Positions 31,293 through 41,831 of a stretch of 64,000 nucleotides of DNA are shown here, one piece after another. The notes below the pieces were generated by a model that was not told the DNA's origin, did no database searches, and saw only the letters and a list, made by a program, of their open reading frames with translations. Numbering within the stretch: the stretch's first letter is position 1; every line of letters starts with the position of its first letter. The position numbers were made by a program, and so were the translations under genes. Origin of the DNA: Candidatus Heimdallarchaeota archaeon (GTDB lineage: Archaea; Asgardarchaeota; Heimdallarchaeia; Heimdallarchaeales; Heimdallarchaeaceae); contig JAUVXV010000014.1 in the NCBI GenBank assembly GCA_030603365.1, forward strand, positions 59,752 through 123,751. The letters are read 5' to 3'.

Positions 31293-31799
31293 GTGAGACC
31301 AATGTTTCTAAGAAAAAGGACAAGCAAACCAGAGAAAGTACTGGAGCATCCTACAACTCTAAAATTGTACCTATTTTTGAAAGCAAAAGAACCTAATGAA
31401 ATTGGTGTAAGAGAAGCACAAAGAGCGTTAGAGCTAAGAAGTTCAAGCACAATAGCTTGGCATCTAGATAAATTAGAAGAAGCACAATATGTTGAAAAAA
31501 GAGCAAATAACAAATATATACTTACAAAAAAAGGGATAGAAAAACAAGGATTGAAAGTTCCTGTTCTGATACCTGCGCAAACCATTAAGGGGTTGATGAT
31601 ACCAAGGAACATATTCTTACTTAGTTTTCTTTTAGTTTCTGCAATTGCAGTTGTAATCTCTCTATTCTATTCATATTTGGTAGCTACTTATGCAGGATTA
31701 GCAGGATTGGTGGTTGGATCAGTTTTGGTATTCAGAGAATACTTACAGTTGAGAAAACAATTTAGGTTCTACAAATTCATATCTGAAGAAACTGATTAA
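31293..31799 (+). CDS. Membrane-anchored winged-HTH transcriptional regulator
   Basis: IGVREAQRALELRSSSTIAWHLDKL followed by two C-terminal TM helices. Confidence 0.75.
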   Translation: MRPMFLRKRTSKPEKVLEHPTTLKLYLFLKAKEPNEIGVREAQRALELRSSSTIAWHLDKLEEAQYVEKRANNKYILTKKGIEKQGLKVPVLIPAQTIKGLMIPRNIFLLSFLLVSAIAVVISLFYSYLVATYAGLAGLVVGSVLVFREYLQLRKQFRFYKFISEETD

Positions 31800-31870
31800 G
31801 AAACGATTCTTCATTTTTTGATTAAATGAAAACATTAAATGTTATAATTAGCATGTTTATATGATAATTA

Positions 31871-33304
31871 ATGTCCAAAAAATATGATCTCATTATAATT
31901 GGTGGGGGTACTACTGGTCTAGTAGCATCCAAATATTCTGCTTTATTTGGAGCAAAAACATTACTTGTTGAAGCTGAGAAGATAGGAGGGGACTGTACTT
32001 GGACAGGATGTGTCCCTAGTAAATCACTTCTTTATGCTGCTTCATTAATCAATAACATCTCCATAGCTGAAAGTTTAGGAATGATTGAGGGCAGATATGA
32101 ATTAAATTTCAACTCTATCATGAGTTATGTGAAGAAGATCATTAAAGACATCTATGAAGAAGAAAAACCTGAGGTTTTAGAAAAACAAGGAATAGATGTA
32201 ATTTTAGGAGTAGCTAGATTCATTTCTCCTAAGGAAATAGAAGTCAAAGGTGAAATATATAAGTCTAAAAGGTTTATATTGGCAACTGGAGCAAGACCTA
32301 TTATTCCTTATGATTCGATTGAAGGGCTTGATTCTACTCCTTTTCTTACTACTGATTCTATTTTTGGCATACCTGAACTTCCTCAACATCTAATTATCAT
32401 AGGTGCAGGGCCTATTGGGTGTGAGTTAGGACAAGCATTCAAACGACTGGGAGCTGAAGTAACAATTGTTGATATGATGGAAAGATTGCTTCCTAAAGAC
32501 GACCAAAAAGCAAGTGAGGTAATTCAATCAATTTTCACGCAGGAAGGGATAAAGGCTGTTTTAGGAGAATCAGTCACCAAGGTTAAGCAAAATTCCATAG
32601 GGGAAATTGAAGTGATTACAACTAAAGGAAAGAAGATCTTAGGGTCTGATTTACTTCTTGCTATAGGAAGAGAACCAAACTTCACAAAATTAAATCTAGA
32701 AGCAACAAAAGTTAGAGTTGAAAATAATAGAATTCTAGTTAATAGCAAACTTCAAACCTCGCAGAAGAGCATTTTAGCAGCTGGTGACTGCATCAGTCCG
32801 TATCATTTTACACACATCGCAGGATATCAAGGTTTTATTGCAGCTAGAAATGCTTTGCTTCCCTTTAGTAGTAAAGGCTTACCTAATCTCATAACTTGGG
32901 TTACCTTTACTGATCCAGAGGTTGCTTTTGTTGGAAGAACCGATTATTTGAAAGATAATACAGCTGGCAGCTTCAAGGAAGAGTTTTTTCTAGAGAAAAA
33001 AGTAGATAGAGCTTTGACAGATTCGAAATCTAAAGGTTTCATTAAAACTATTTCTAACGAAAAAGGGAAATTAATGAGTGTTACAATAGTGTCTCCAAGA
33101 GCTGGAGAGATGATTCATGAGTGGTTACTAGCAATGGACAACAGCATCAAAGTATCTAGTATTGCAACAGTAGTTCATGCCTATCCCACATATTCAATGG
33201 GAACAATGCAATTAGCTGGAGAGATGACAGAAAAGAAGTTACTAGAAGGTTCATTAGGTAGTTTCTTGCGAAGGATTTCGAAAGTGTATAGAAGTTTTAA
33301 ATAA
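31871..33304 (+). CDS. Class I pyridine nucleotide-disulfide oxidoreductase (dihydrolipoamide dehydrogenase/MerA-like)
   Basis: GGGTTG, GGDCTWTGCVPSK redox motif, GAGPIG, FTDPE, HAYPT. Confidence 0.88.
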   Translation: MSKKYDLIIIGGGTTGLVASKYSALFGAKTLLVEAEKIGGDCTWTGCVPSKSLLYAASLINNISIAESLGMIEGRYELNFNSIMSYVKKIIKDIYEEEKPEVLEKQGIDVILGVARFISPKEIEVKGEIYKSKRFILATGARPIIPYDSIEGLDSTPFLTTDSIFGIPELPQHLIIIGAGPIGCELGQAFKRLGAEVTIVDMMERLLPKDDQKASEVIQSIFTQEGIKAVLGESVTKVKQNSIGEIEVITTKGKKILGSDLLLAIGREPNFTKLNLEATKVRVENNRILVNSKLQTSQKSILAAGDCISPYHFTHIAGYQGFIAARNALLPFSSKGLPNLITWVTFTDPEVAFVGRTDYLKDNTAGSFKEEFFLEKKVDRALTDSKSKGFIKTISNEKGKLMSVTIVSPRAGEMIHEWLLAMDNSIKVSSIATVVHAYPTYSMGTMQLAGEMTEKKLLEGSLGSFLRRISKVYRSFK

Positions 33305-33335
33305 TATCAAACAATTGAGCTCTAAATTTAGATAA

Positions 33336-33593
33336 TCATTCAGGCCATCTTCTCTGTTCTAAATCATTTTCGCACTTTCTACAAATATTGTTTTTAAATT
33401 GAGAATAACCAAATTTGTCAGCTTCATTTACAGCTTTGATAGCTTGAGTGCAAATATAATCAAAATTACAAGCTGGGCAATGATAATAAGAGGTGGATTT
33501 CTTTATTGCAGGAGATATCATTTGTCTTGGACAAGTTGCAGATTTGATTGCTTTAGAACAGTCGCATACTAGATGATTGCCTAGGATAGTCAC
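33336..33593 (-). CDS. Small Cys-rich (zinc-binding) protein, paralog of 47846..48172
   Basis: CDC...C...YYHCPACNFDYIC...CRKC...WP. Confidence 0.65.
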   Translation of the reverse strand: MTILGNHLVCDCSKAIKSATCPRQMISPAIKKSTSYYHCPACNFDYICTQAIKAVNEADKFGYSQFKNNICRKCENDLEQRRWPE

Positions 33594-33665
33594 AAGCCAT
33601 CAAATAAGCAAGTTAATTTAAAATTTTACGTATGTAAAAAAAAAGAAAGAAAAAGTTGTATCAAT

Positions 33666-34133
33666 TTAGGGTATATCTATAGCTATTGGAGGTATTTCCA
33701 TTGCTAAGAAATTAAGTGGAATTCCAATATAAATTGGAGTTGCTAGAGCTTCTACTGTAAATGAGATAGTACCTCCTCCTGCAATAATTATAGCGTCTGC
33801 AGTTTCGATTATTACCGTGAATTCGATTGTTTGGTTACTACCTAACGGAACTGTAACCTGTATCGGATCTCCGTATTCTACTGACCCTTTCTTTATTATA
33901 ATATCGAGACGAACTGATTTCGGCATATACCCCAATTTAGGTGTTACTAAAGTAGCTGATACAACAGCGGATTCATTATTACTTGCTAAAACATAGGTCA
34001 TGTCTACTACATCAAAAGCATCAGGATTTTCATTGAATGCTTTATAGCTGAGATAAACATCTACACCTATGATAGCACCACCTGCCAGAACGACAAACAG
34101 TATTGATAAAAATATGGCTATACCTTTTCCCAT
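33666..34133 (-). CDS. Membrane-anchored beta-rich protein, paralog of 34199..34666
   Basis: Shared GGAIIGxDVYxSY...TPxLGYxPKS...ATPxYxGIP; probable ATG at 34133. Confidence 0.65.
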   Translation of the reverse strand: MGKGIAIFLSILFVVLAGGAIIGVDVYLSYKAFNENPDAFDVVDMTYVLASNNESAVVSATLVTPKLGYMPKSVRLDIIIKKGSVEYGDPIQVTVPLGSNQTIEFTVIIETADAIIIAGGGTISFTVEALATPIYIGIPLNFLAMEIPPIAIDIP

Positions 34134-34198
34134 GAAGCCTAAAGGACAATCCACCGTTATAAATGTTTGCAGATTACTAGAATTGATTCCAAGTTTAT

Positions 34199-34666
34199 TC
34201 ATTGGATTATTAGAAAAAACTCATCAAATTCTTGTGTTAAAGATGCTATTGGTATTCCTAAATAAACTGGAGTAGCTGTAACTTGAATATTAAAGTGCAA
34301 ACTCATCCCAACTTTCAGTCTGTCAACGTCTATTTGGCTAATGGTTACAGTGAAATCTACACGAACTGTTTCTCCAATTTTAATTCTAAAACTAATTGGA
34401 TCACAATACTGAGCAGAATTTTGCATAACTATGACTTCGACATCTGCAGATTTAGGTATATATCCTAATGGGGGAGTATAAACAAATACAGTTATTTCTG
34501 CTGATAAATTGCTTTCAGATAGAACATATGTTGGCTCGGAAATATCAAAAGCATCTTCATTCGCCTGGTAATCTTGGTAACTCATGTAAACATCTATACC
34601 AATAATCGCTCCTCCAGTAAGTAAAAGACCAAGTATTGATAAAGTAATTATTATTGCTTTTCGCAT
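34199..34666 (-). CDS. Membrane-anchored beta-rich protein, tandem paralog
   Basis: Same motifs as the neighbour; probable ATG at 34666 (MRKAII). Confidence 0.65.
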   Translation of the reverse strand: MRKAIIITLSILGLLLTGGAIIGIDVYMSYQDYQANEDAFDISEPTYVLSESNLSAEITVFVYTPPLGYIPKSADVEVIVMQNSAQYCDPISFRIKIGETVRVDFTVTISQIDVDRLKVGMSLHFNIQVTATPVYLGIPIASLTQEFDEFFLIIQ

Positions 34667-34800
34667 ACCTAGCAAGATAAAACTGTTAATATAAGTATTT
34701 TGGAGAAAACCAAGAATGCCACTAAACTATGGAGAGGAGTAAGTGTAATCAATAGTTTTCTACGAAATTTTAAATAAAACCAAAGTAACAATTGTAATTT

Positions 34801-35679
34801 ATGAGCTACAAGTTTGGGATAATTACTGATTCTGGAGCAGATTTCAGCCCAGAGTATCAAAAGGAGCATGATTTGATTCTCATACCAACAAGAATCATCG
34901 TAAATGGAGAGGAATTCATTGATAGAGAAAATATCTTCAGAGAAGACATTATTCACAAGATGAAGAATGAAAAAGCTAAGACATCAACTTCAGTTGCACC
35001 ACCTATAGAATTTAACAATATCATCAGTAAAGCTTTAGATAAATATGATAAGTTATTATATATTGCAATAAGCTCAAAAATGTCTGCTACATTTCAGAAT
35101 GCAGTTTTAACTGCAAAAAGATTGAAAACTGATAATTTTATAGCAATAGATACAGAGTCAGTTTCAAGGGGAATGTCTTTACTTATTGATCATGCGATTA
35201 TCCGAAGAAAGAAAGGTGTCTCTATTGAAGAGATAGTAGAAGAAATAGAGTTTATGAAAAATAATCTTGAGCTTTACTTCATAGTAGATACTTTAGAATA
35301 TCTGCGAAGAGGAGGAAGAATAGGAGCAGCTAAAGGGCTTTTAGGGAAACTAATAGGTGTTAAACCGATTCTAACAATTAAGGAAGGAGAGATTTCTCCT
35401 GTTGAATCTGTTAAAAGTTTGAAAGAAGGATTAGAGTTTTTCTATCATATTTTGGAAGAGAAAACAAAAGAATTCAAAGATTATTCAATAACAATGATTT
35501 ATGGTATAGAAACTCCAGAATTCAAGGAATTTGCATCTCAGATTAAGCATGATTTCAAACCGATTAAATTCTATTATAGTCCAATTGGTGCTAACATCAT
35601 AAGCCATGCTGGACCTGAACTCTTTGGATTTGGAATAATTAAGGTCCCTGAAAAAGCAATTGAATCATATGAGAAGTAA
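34801..35679 (+). CDS. DegV family fatty-acid-binding protein
   Basis: IITDSGAD, TSTS, ISSKMSATFQNA, LEYLRRGGRIG, VKPIL, SHAGP. Confidence 0.9.
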   Translation: MSYKFGIITDSGADFSPEYQKEHDLILIPTRIIVNGEEFIDRENIFREDIIHKMKNEKAKTSTSVAPPIEFNNIISKALDKYDKLLYIAISSKMSATFQNAVLTAKRLKTDNFIAIDTESVSRGMSLLIDHAIIRRKKGVSIEEIVEEIEFMKNNLELYFIVDTLEYLRRGGRIGAAKGLLGKLIGVKPILTIKEGEISPVESVKSLKEGLEFFYHILEEKTKEFKDYSITMIYGIETPEFKEFASQIKHDFKPIKFYYSPIGANIISHAGPELFGFGIIKVPEKAIESYEK

Positions 35680-35770
35680 TACAAATTATGAGGGAAGTTC
35701 TTCTCTCACATTAACTTTTGTCTTTGAAAGATACGAACTTCTTAAAAATCATTAGAAGCATCTCATCAAG

Positions 35771-36325
35771 ATGTCAGATAAACAACCAAATTCAAATGTT
35801 TCAGTTATTCTTCAAAATTCAAGATTAGAGAAAATTCAGAGTCTAGTTCTAGAAGAATTGGAAGCAAAAAGAGATATTTCTAGAGATCAACCATTTAGTT
35901 GGAGTCTGAAGCATGTGATTTCATGTTCTCAAATATGTAAATTATTAGCTGCTGCTAGAGGACTAGATAGTGAAATTGCTGGTATTGCCGGAGCAATACA
36001 TGATTTAGCAATTATACGAACTGGTAGGTTTGAGAAACATGGACCAGTAGGAGCTCCAATGGTAGCAGAATTTCTTCAGAATTATAATATTGAATTTGGG
36101 AATGAATGCGGTAATATTTCTCAAGAGCAAATAGATAAGATTGTTCAAGCTACACAAAATCACACATATAAGACTGAATTCACTGAAAATGAATTTGACG
36201 AACTGATAAAAGATGCAGACTCATTAGATAGGTTTCTACATGGAAAAGAGACTTATGATTTCTATTATACAAGAAGTGAAAAAGCTTTAACTGACATAGG
36301 ATTGAGAATTAAAGATATTATATGA
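35771..36325 (+). CDS. HD-domain phosphohydrolase
   Basis: KH...AIHD...HG...NH...IKDADSLD. Confidence 0.8.
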   Translation: MSDKQPNSNVSVILQNSRLEKIQSLVLEELEAKRDISRDQPFSWSLKHVISCSQICKLLAAARGLDSEIAGIAGAIHDLAIIRTGRFEKHGPVGAPMVAEFLQNYNIEFGNECGNISQEQIDKIVQATQNHTYKTEFTENEFDELIKDADSLDRFLHGKETYDFYYTRSEKALTDIGLRIKDII

Positions 36326-36520
36326 ATAAATAATCTCATAAGTTTTTTAAAATACTAGCAGGGTTCTTGCTCTACTCTGATTAGAATGCAGTTTAGGTGT
36401 TATTTACTTATTAACTATTTTAATAATTCTTCTTGGATTTGCTTTCAGAGCTTTGAGTGGAGCAATAGCTAATGGCATCAGAATAATTGTTGAATACAAG
36501 AAAGAGAAATAATTCTCTTT

Positions 36521-37321
36521 TTATACTTCTTTCTTTTCAAACAGACTAATCGTTTTCTTTTCAATCGTTTGTGCTCCAACAGTTTCAAATATTAGTTCTT
36601 CCGTTTCTCCTCCAATACTTATACCCTTATCCTTTAACAAAGTCCATCCAAAGAAAAGTATAGGCACTCCAGAATTGAATTCTATAAGACTATTGAAAAT
36701 CAAAACAGAAAAGATATCTGAAGGAGGTCTTATTCCAGATGAAAGAAGAGTTATTTCCATAGCGAAATGGACTGCAAACCCTAACAACACAAGATATCCA
36801 AGTTTTTTCCATGTTAGAGATTTGAAAGGCTTCCAGGTATGCTTCAAAATTACTAGCAATAAATACCCACCTACAGCCATACCAATTTGTGTCCATCTGG
36901 TATCTGACATGTGTCTTACGATATCAACTGAGGTATCATCCATTGGTAAAACCTTAGGAAAGAATGCAATGAAAAACCAGCCAATATACAAGAACATCGT
37001 CCAGTACATCATTTTTCGCCAATTCTTTGCACTGAACATAACAGCAACATAACTAAATTCAACCATACCATAGGTGAAAGAAAAATACATTAGGAAAGTT
37101 AGTGGATTCAAACCTGTTGGCAAACTAATTATCTCCCTAGAGTCTCCAATTACATACCAGAAAACATAATCTGTAAGGAAAACAACTAAGGCACCAAACA
37201 ATCCAAATAACCATTGAAGATAATATTTTTTCTTTATAAGAAAAGCCATCCACATTATGCAAAAGATAATATCTAATATAATGAACTCCCATCCAAAGTT
37301 CCTAATAACGTCATGCCCCAT
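36521..37321 (-). CDS. Hypothetical polytopic membrane protein
   Basis: About 7 hydrophobic segments. Confidence 0.65.
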   Translation of the reverse strand: MGHDVIRNFGWEFIILDIIFCIMWMAFLIKKKYYLQWLFGLFGALVVFLTDYVFWYVIGDSREIISLPTGLNPLTFLMYFSFTYGMVEFSYVAVMFSAKNWRKMMYWTMFLYIGWFFIAFFPKVLPMDDTSVDIVRHMSDTRWTQIGMAVGGYLLLVILKHTWKPFKSLTWKKLGYLVLLGFAVHFAMEITLLSSGIRPPSDIFSVLIFNSLIEFNSGVPILFFGWTLLKDKGISIGGETEELIFETVGAQTIEKKTISLFEKKEV

Positions 37322-37365
37322 AAAACACCAATCTTTACTAGTTTATTTTAAATCTTGTTCATTTT

Positions 37366-38172
37366 TCAGATGAAATGATTAATTAAGAAATCAGCAAGTG
37401 CTTGGGGGACAAGTTCTAACAATCTTCGCTGTTTATTATTCTTAACTCTGTATCTTCGTTTTGGATTTTTCTTATGAATTGCCTTATGAACTGCTTTTGC
37501 TACAAAAATAGGATCTGCATATCTTTCTTTATCTAAAACATCCCACACTCTATTAATTTCATCTTTAAAGTGTGAATTTTCTTTGTATTTTTTGTAATTT
37601 TCTGCTGTTTTCTGAGCTAGACTTGTTTTAATAGCTCCAGGCTGGATTATCACAACTTTCATTCCTAGAAATGCTAATTCTCTTCTTAATGAATCTGAGA
37701 AAGCTTCAACAGCATATTTTGTCATAGAATAAGGACCATTGAATGGAAAAGCTATTCTTCCAACTTCTGAGCTCATATTTACAATTCTACCCTTTCTTTT
37801 TTGAAGTAATTCAAAAAGAGCCTTTGTAACTCTTATATAACCCAAAACATTGACATTGAAAATTAATTCAAAGTCTGTAATCTCAACCTCGACTAATGGC
37901 CCTCCTATGAATAAACCAGCATTATTAACTAAAGAATCGATGCCATCAGTTATTTGTTCTACTTTTGTTACAGCATCTTTAATGCTCTCTGGGTTTGTTA
38001 CATCCAATTCGATAGTGTGGATTTGGTCATTTGAGCTATATTTAGATAAACCTTCAGAATCATAATCGGTTGCAATAACTAAATCTCCTTTATCACTTAG
38101 ATACTCAGTAATAGCTTGACCGATTCCATGTGCAGCTCCAGTTACTAAAACTACTTTTGATTTTTTAACCAT
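37366..38172 (-). CDS. Short-chain dehydrogenase/reductase (17-beta-HSD/RDH-like)
   Basis: TGAAHGIG, LVNNAG, YSMTK, IQPGAIKT. Confidence 0.9.
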   Translation of the reverse strand: MVKKSKVVLVTGAAHGIGQAITEYLSDKGDLVIATDYDSEGLSKYSSNDQIHTIELDVTNPESIKDAVTKVEQITDGIDSLVNNAGLFIGGPLVEVEITDFELIFNVNVLGYIRVTKALFELLQKRKGRIVNMSSEVGRIAFPFNGPYSMTKYAVEAFSDSLRRELAFLGMKVVIIQPGAIKTSLAQKTAENYKKYKENSHFKDEINRVWDVLDKERYADPIFVAKAVHKAIHKKNPKRRYRVKNNKQRRLLELVPQALADFLINHFI

Positions 38173-38225
38173 ACAAATCAGTAAATCTTCAGATTATTGA
38201 CTTGAATATAAAATTAATGTGATGA

Positions 38226-40214
38226 TTACTCCCCATCTGTTTTAAATATCCACACTGTCATAGCTGATTTTCCTTTGTTTCCCCATGAATAATATGGTCG
38301 CGCAAACAAATCTCTTTTCTCCTTAGTAGGTATTTTCAGTTTCATCATTTCATCTGAAACAACTATGCTGGGTTTGCTGTTTAGATTTACAATTTCTGTA
38401 AGTAAATGTGTATCAGAGTTGTCATGACTTTCAAAACAATAGACTATCGGTCCTCTAGAAAAAGCAGCTTTGTTACGATTATTTTTAACTTTCTTATGGG
38501 ATTTATGAGTTCTAATAATCATCGGAAAATCAATTTCAACTTTGTTTTTTGATTTCCAATCCTCTTCTATGATAATGTAGTATGATCTGTATGGTGATAT
38601 TCCAGAAGCAGTGATTACCTCTCCTAATTCTAGACTAGTTTTATTCAATCTCCTTCCATTTACCTTTATCTCAGGATTCTCTGTCCAACTTGGAATACGA
38701 ATATTTAATTTAAAATCGGAGTTTTCTTTGCATTCTAGATTAATTCTTACTTTCCCTTCCCAAGGCAGGTCACTTTTCATCTCTATTTTAATCTTCGACT
38801 TTTTATTTTCATTCAGCATAAAACTAGTTTTGTTACCTATACACTGATGAATCCAAATATTAGTATCATCATAACTATAGATGTATTTAGAGAGATTAGC
38901 TAATGTACGAGAAATGTTCGAGGGACAACAAGCAGTTTTATACCATTCTTTTCTAGTAAAGCTATTACCTACCTCTAAGGGATTCCTATAGAAGTAAGAT
39001 TTTCCATCAGATGACATTCCTACCAGTACTGCATTATAAATTTGCCATTCCAATAAATCCGCATATTTTGCATCTCCTGTGGACAATAACATTTCCCAGT
39101 TCCAAAAAACAGAACTTATGGCTGCACATGTTTCATTGTAAGCAGATTTATTGTTTAGCTTAAAATTTCTCCCAAATCCCTCTAGAAGTGGTAAAGATCC
39201 AATTCCACCTGTTACATACATTCTCTTAGTAACCATATTATCCCATGCTTTCTGAAGAGATTTCAGTAATCTTGTATCTCCATTTTCTTGATAAAGCATT
39301 GTTGTTGCGGTTGCTAGATATCCCCATCTTACACAATGCCCAACAGGTACTTTTTGCTTCCTAATGGGTTTATTCTGCTGGAGGTATTTACCTGAAAGTA
39401 CTGATAAAAGGAATCTTAACTCTAATCCTTTAGATCTATCTTTGGATAAGTCACTCACTATTTTGTCCTTTGTTACTATTGCATCATAATAGACATTCTT
39501 CTGTCTTGATACTTCTTTGGCTCGTTTCTGTTGAGAAGCATTTTCTTTGAAAATCTGAGCTCCGAACAGAATGAATTTACCCCTTTTTTCAAGAAACTTC
39601 TCTGCAAGTTTCATGTATTTCGTTTCCTTTGTTAATCGATATAATTTGATTAAGGCGATTTCTATTTCAGGATGACCAGGAGTGTTTTTTGCAGAAGCAT
39701 TTTGAAATTCTTTAACCAACAGATCTGCTGCTTTTTGACCCAAAGCGAGAATCTGTTCAGAATTAGTTAATTTGTATGCAACTATAGAAGCTTCAATCAG
39801 ATGACCAAGTGTATATAGCTCATGTTCTATTTGGTGGTTTATCCACCTCTTGTTTGGGAAGTGATATTGGTTATATGTGAAAATATATCCATCTTCCTCT
39901 TGGACTGATTTTAGCAACTCAAGATAATTAGTTAGAATATTAAGCAATTTACTATCATCATTAGATATCAGAATTGTAGCTGCTGCTTCAGCCCACTTAT
40001 GAGCATCTGAATCAACATAGACAAATCCTTCTCTAAAAGCATCTTTTTCTCCCTTAATGATTCTAAAATTATCTATCGTTTTCGATTCTTCAAGTTTCTT
40101 CCATTGATGGAATATAGCAGATTCTGAATTTACTTTAAGTCTTTCAGACCAGAAATCATCTTTGATTCTTACTTTCTCTATAGGGATTTCTCTAGAAACT
40201 TGAAAAGAATTCAC
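38226..40214 (-). CDS. GH127 family glycoside hydrolase (beta-L-arabinofuranosidase-like)
   Basis: DSDAHKW, HELYTLGH, GHPEIE, GHCVR, ETCA, YRNPL, ACCPSN. Confidence 0.88.
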   Translation of the reverse strand: MNSFQVSREIPIEKVRIKDDFWSERLKVNSESAIFHQWKKLEESKTIDNFRIIKGEKDAFREGFVYVDSDAHKWAEAAATILISNDDSKLLNILTNYLELLKSVQEEDGYIFTYNQYHFPNKRWINHQIEHELYTLGHLIEASIVAYKLTNSEQILALGQKAADLLVKEFQNASAKNTPGHPEIEIALIKLYRLTKETKYMKLAEKFLEKRGKFILFGAQIFKENASQQKRAKEVSRQKNVYYDAIVTKDKIVSDLSKDRSKGLELRFLLSVLSGKYLQQNKPIRKQKVPVGHCVRWGYLATATTMLYQENGDTRLLKSLQKAWDNMVTKRMYVTGGIGSLPLLEGFGRNFKLNNKSAYNETCAAISSVFWNWEMLLSTGDAKYADLLEWQIYNAVLVGMSSDGKSYFYRNPLEVGNSFTRKEWYKTACCPSNISRTLANLSKYIYSYDDTNIWIHQCIGNKTSFMLNENKKSKIKIEMKSDLPWEGKVRINLECKENSDFKLNIRIPSWTENPEIKVNGRRLNKTSLELGEVITASGISPYRSYYIIIEEDWKSKNKVEIDFPMIIRTHKSHKKVKNNRNKAAFSRGPIVYCFESHDNSDTHLLTEIVNLNSKPSIVVSDEMMKLKIPTKEKRDLFARPYYSWGNKGKSAMTVWIFKTDGE

Positions 40215-40276
40215 AACTCATCAATTGCTTATCAATATAAGAAATTTTGTGAAAAAAAGAAGTGTTAAAGAAAAAT

Positions 40277-41371
40277 TTATTTCTTCTTTTTCATGAATCT
40301 TGGATCAATTTCATCTCGTTTTGATGCATCTTGATAATTTTCTTTTGCTTGTTCCTTTGCTTCTTCCATAGTCTCATCAGAATGACATTTCCATCTTAGA
40401 TGAGTTGTAGCAGGTTTCCCACACCAAGGGCAGAAAAGAACTTCTAATGCATCTAGAATTTTGTTATGAGCTGCAAGATTCCTTCTGTGTTTACCACGTT
40501 CTTCAATAATAGGTTTAGTCAGAATTTCTACCTGCTTCTTTTTGCCAACAGAAACAGCCCTCTTTACCGTATCTATCTCGTCTTTGGGTATTTCGATACT
40601 GAATCCCTCTCTAGAATCTCCAATTACTTCAATTGGAATTCCTTCTGTCAGAATTGCTTCTTGTTCATCTTGAGGAATTTTCTTTATCTGTGAAACAAAT
40701 TTGCTTGCTTCATCCTTACCCATATCTTGTTCAACAATTTTAAGGTATGTGCTTTTTTGTAAATCAGTATCTGGGATAGTTGATAAACGTGATAATATTC
40801 TTTCTGGAATTCTATCATAAACTGGTTTAGATAATTCTTCTTTGATAATATCAGGTGCAACAGAAGCTGCTTCAAGCCATAAACGTAATGTGTTTGCTTT
40901 AATAAACGTCTTTTGACAGATTTCGTCTATCTTATCCTCAGTAGGAATAAGTGATAAGTTTCTAGATTTCTTTCTTTGAATACTGTTGATAATATTTGCT
41001 AAGTTTTTAGGTGTTTGAACAATACCTTCGCTCCTGAAAATCTCCATGACTCCCCTTCCTTTCTCGATCATATAGAGATCTTTTCTATGAATGTTTTCTA
41101 TCAAGGATTCTATCCTTTGACGAGACTCGTCTATGTCTTTAACAATTGCATAGATAGTTTTCATTTTTGCAAATTGAGCAGCACGCCAACGTCGTTCTCC
41201 TGCAATAATTTGATAAGTATCATCTCCAGTTTTTCTTACCAATATAGGATTTAGGAGATCATACTCCTTAATTGATGCAGCTAATTCTTCCAATGCATCT
41301 TTATCGAAAGTTTCTCTTGGCTGAAATGGACTTGGAGCTATTTTTTCTATAGGAATTTGTGTTACTTCCAT
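40277..41371 (-). CDS. parB: ParB/RepB/Spo0J family protein with C-terminal Cys/His motif
   Basis: PFQPRETF, IIAGERRWRAA, IENIHRKDL; C-terminal CPWC...KCH. Probable ATG at 41371. Confidence 0.8.
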   Translation of the reverse strand: MEVTQIPIEKIAPSPFQPRETFDKDALEELAASIKEYDLLNPILVRKTGDDTYQIIAGERRWRAAQFAKMKTIYAIVKDIDESRQRIESLIENIHRKDLYMIEKGRGVMEIFRSEGIVQTPKNLANIINSIQRKKSRNLSLIPTEDKIDEICQKTFIKANTLRLWLEAASVAPDIIKEELSKPVYDRIPERILSRLSTIPDTDLQKSTYLKIVEQDMGKDEASKFVSQIKKIPQDEQEAILTEGIPIEVIGDSREGFSIEIPKDEIDTVKRAVSVGKKKQVEILTKPIIEERGKHRRNLAAHNKILDALEVLFCPWCGKPATTHLRWKCHSDETMEEAKEQAKENYQDASKRDEIDPRFMKKKK

Positions 41372-41372
41372 T

Positions 41373-41606
41373 CTATTCACCACTTTCTTTAATTAATTCA
41401 AATGCAATATCTTTCCATGGATATTGCTCTATTACCCAATTATCACCCTCAGTATTAACACTCAGGAGTTTTGTTTTCTCTCCATTTCCAGATTTTACTA
41501 CTTTTTTCATCTGAGTTATTGCTTCAAGACGTGTTGTGAAAAGCCATTTTTCTTCTCCAGCGTCTAGAACATAAAATTGATTGTTATCTAGTTTCAAAGT
41601 TTTCAC
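41373..41606 (-). CDS. Small hypothetical protein co-transcribed with parB
   Basis: 77-aa ORF whose stop abuts the parB start. Confidence 0.65.
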   Translation of the reverse strand: MKTLKLDNNQFYVLDAGEEKWLFTTRLEAITQMKKVVKSGNGEKTKLLSVNTEGDNWVIEQYPWKDIAFELIKESGE

Positions 41607-41659
41607 CTGTTTTTGCCTATAAAGCGGTTCTAAAGCGTTTTAACATATATATTTTCGTG

Positions 41660-41678
41660 AATCACTTAAAAAGTGATT
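41660..41678. promoter_or_regulatory. Perfect inverted repeat upstream of the parB operon
   Basis: AATCACTT-aaa-AAGTGATT next to a TATA-like ATATATAT (about 41645-41652). Confidence 0.45.
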
Positions 41679-41831
41679 GTATTACTCTGTATAGATGGTA
41701 TTTTGAACCTTTTTGTCGGGAAGATTTTTGATATTTGTTGTTTTACAAGAAATTAAAACTACACATCTTAAAATGAATTGACTATCATTTCATGTAAAGT
41801 ATTATTAATAAGTAGGATTATTTTTCTATTT

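Noticed and set aside
31871-33304. Mercuric reductase (merA) call
   Set aside because: Lacks the C-terminal vicinal Cys pair required for MerA; left at family level.
40277-41606. Integrated plasmid or provirus around parB
   Set aside because: No integrase, Rep, ParA, capsid genes or att repeats seen; flanks are metabolic genes.
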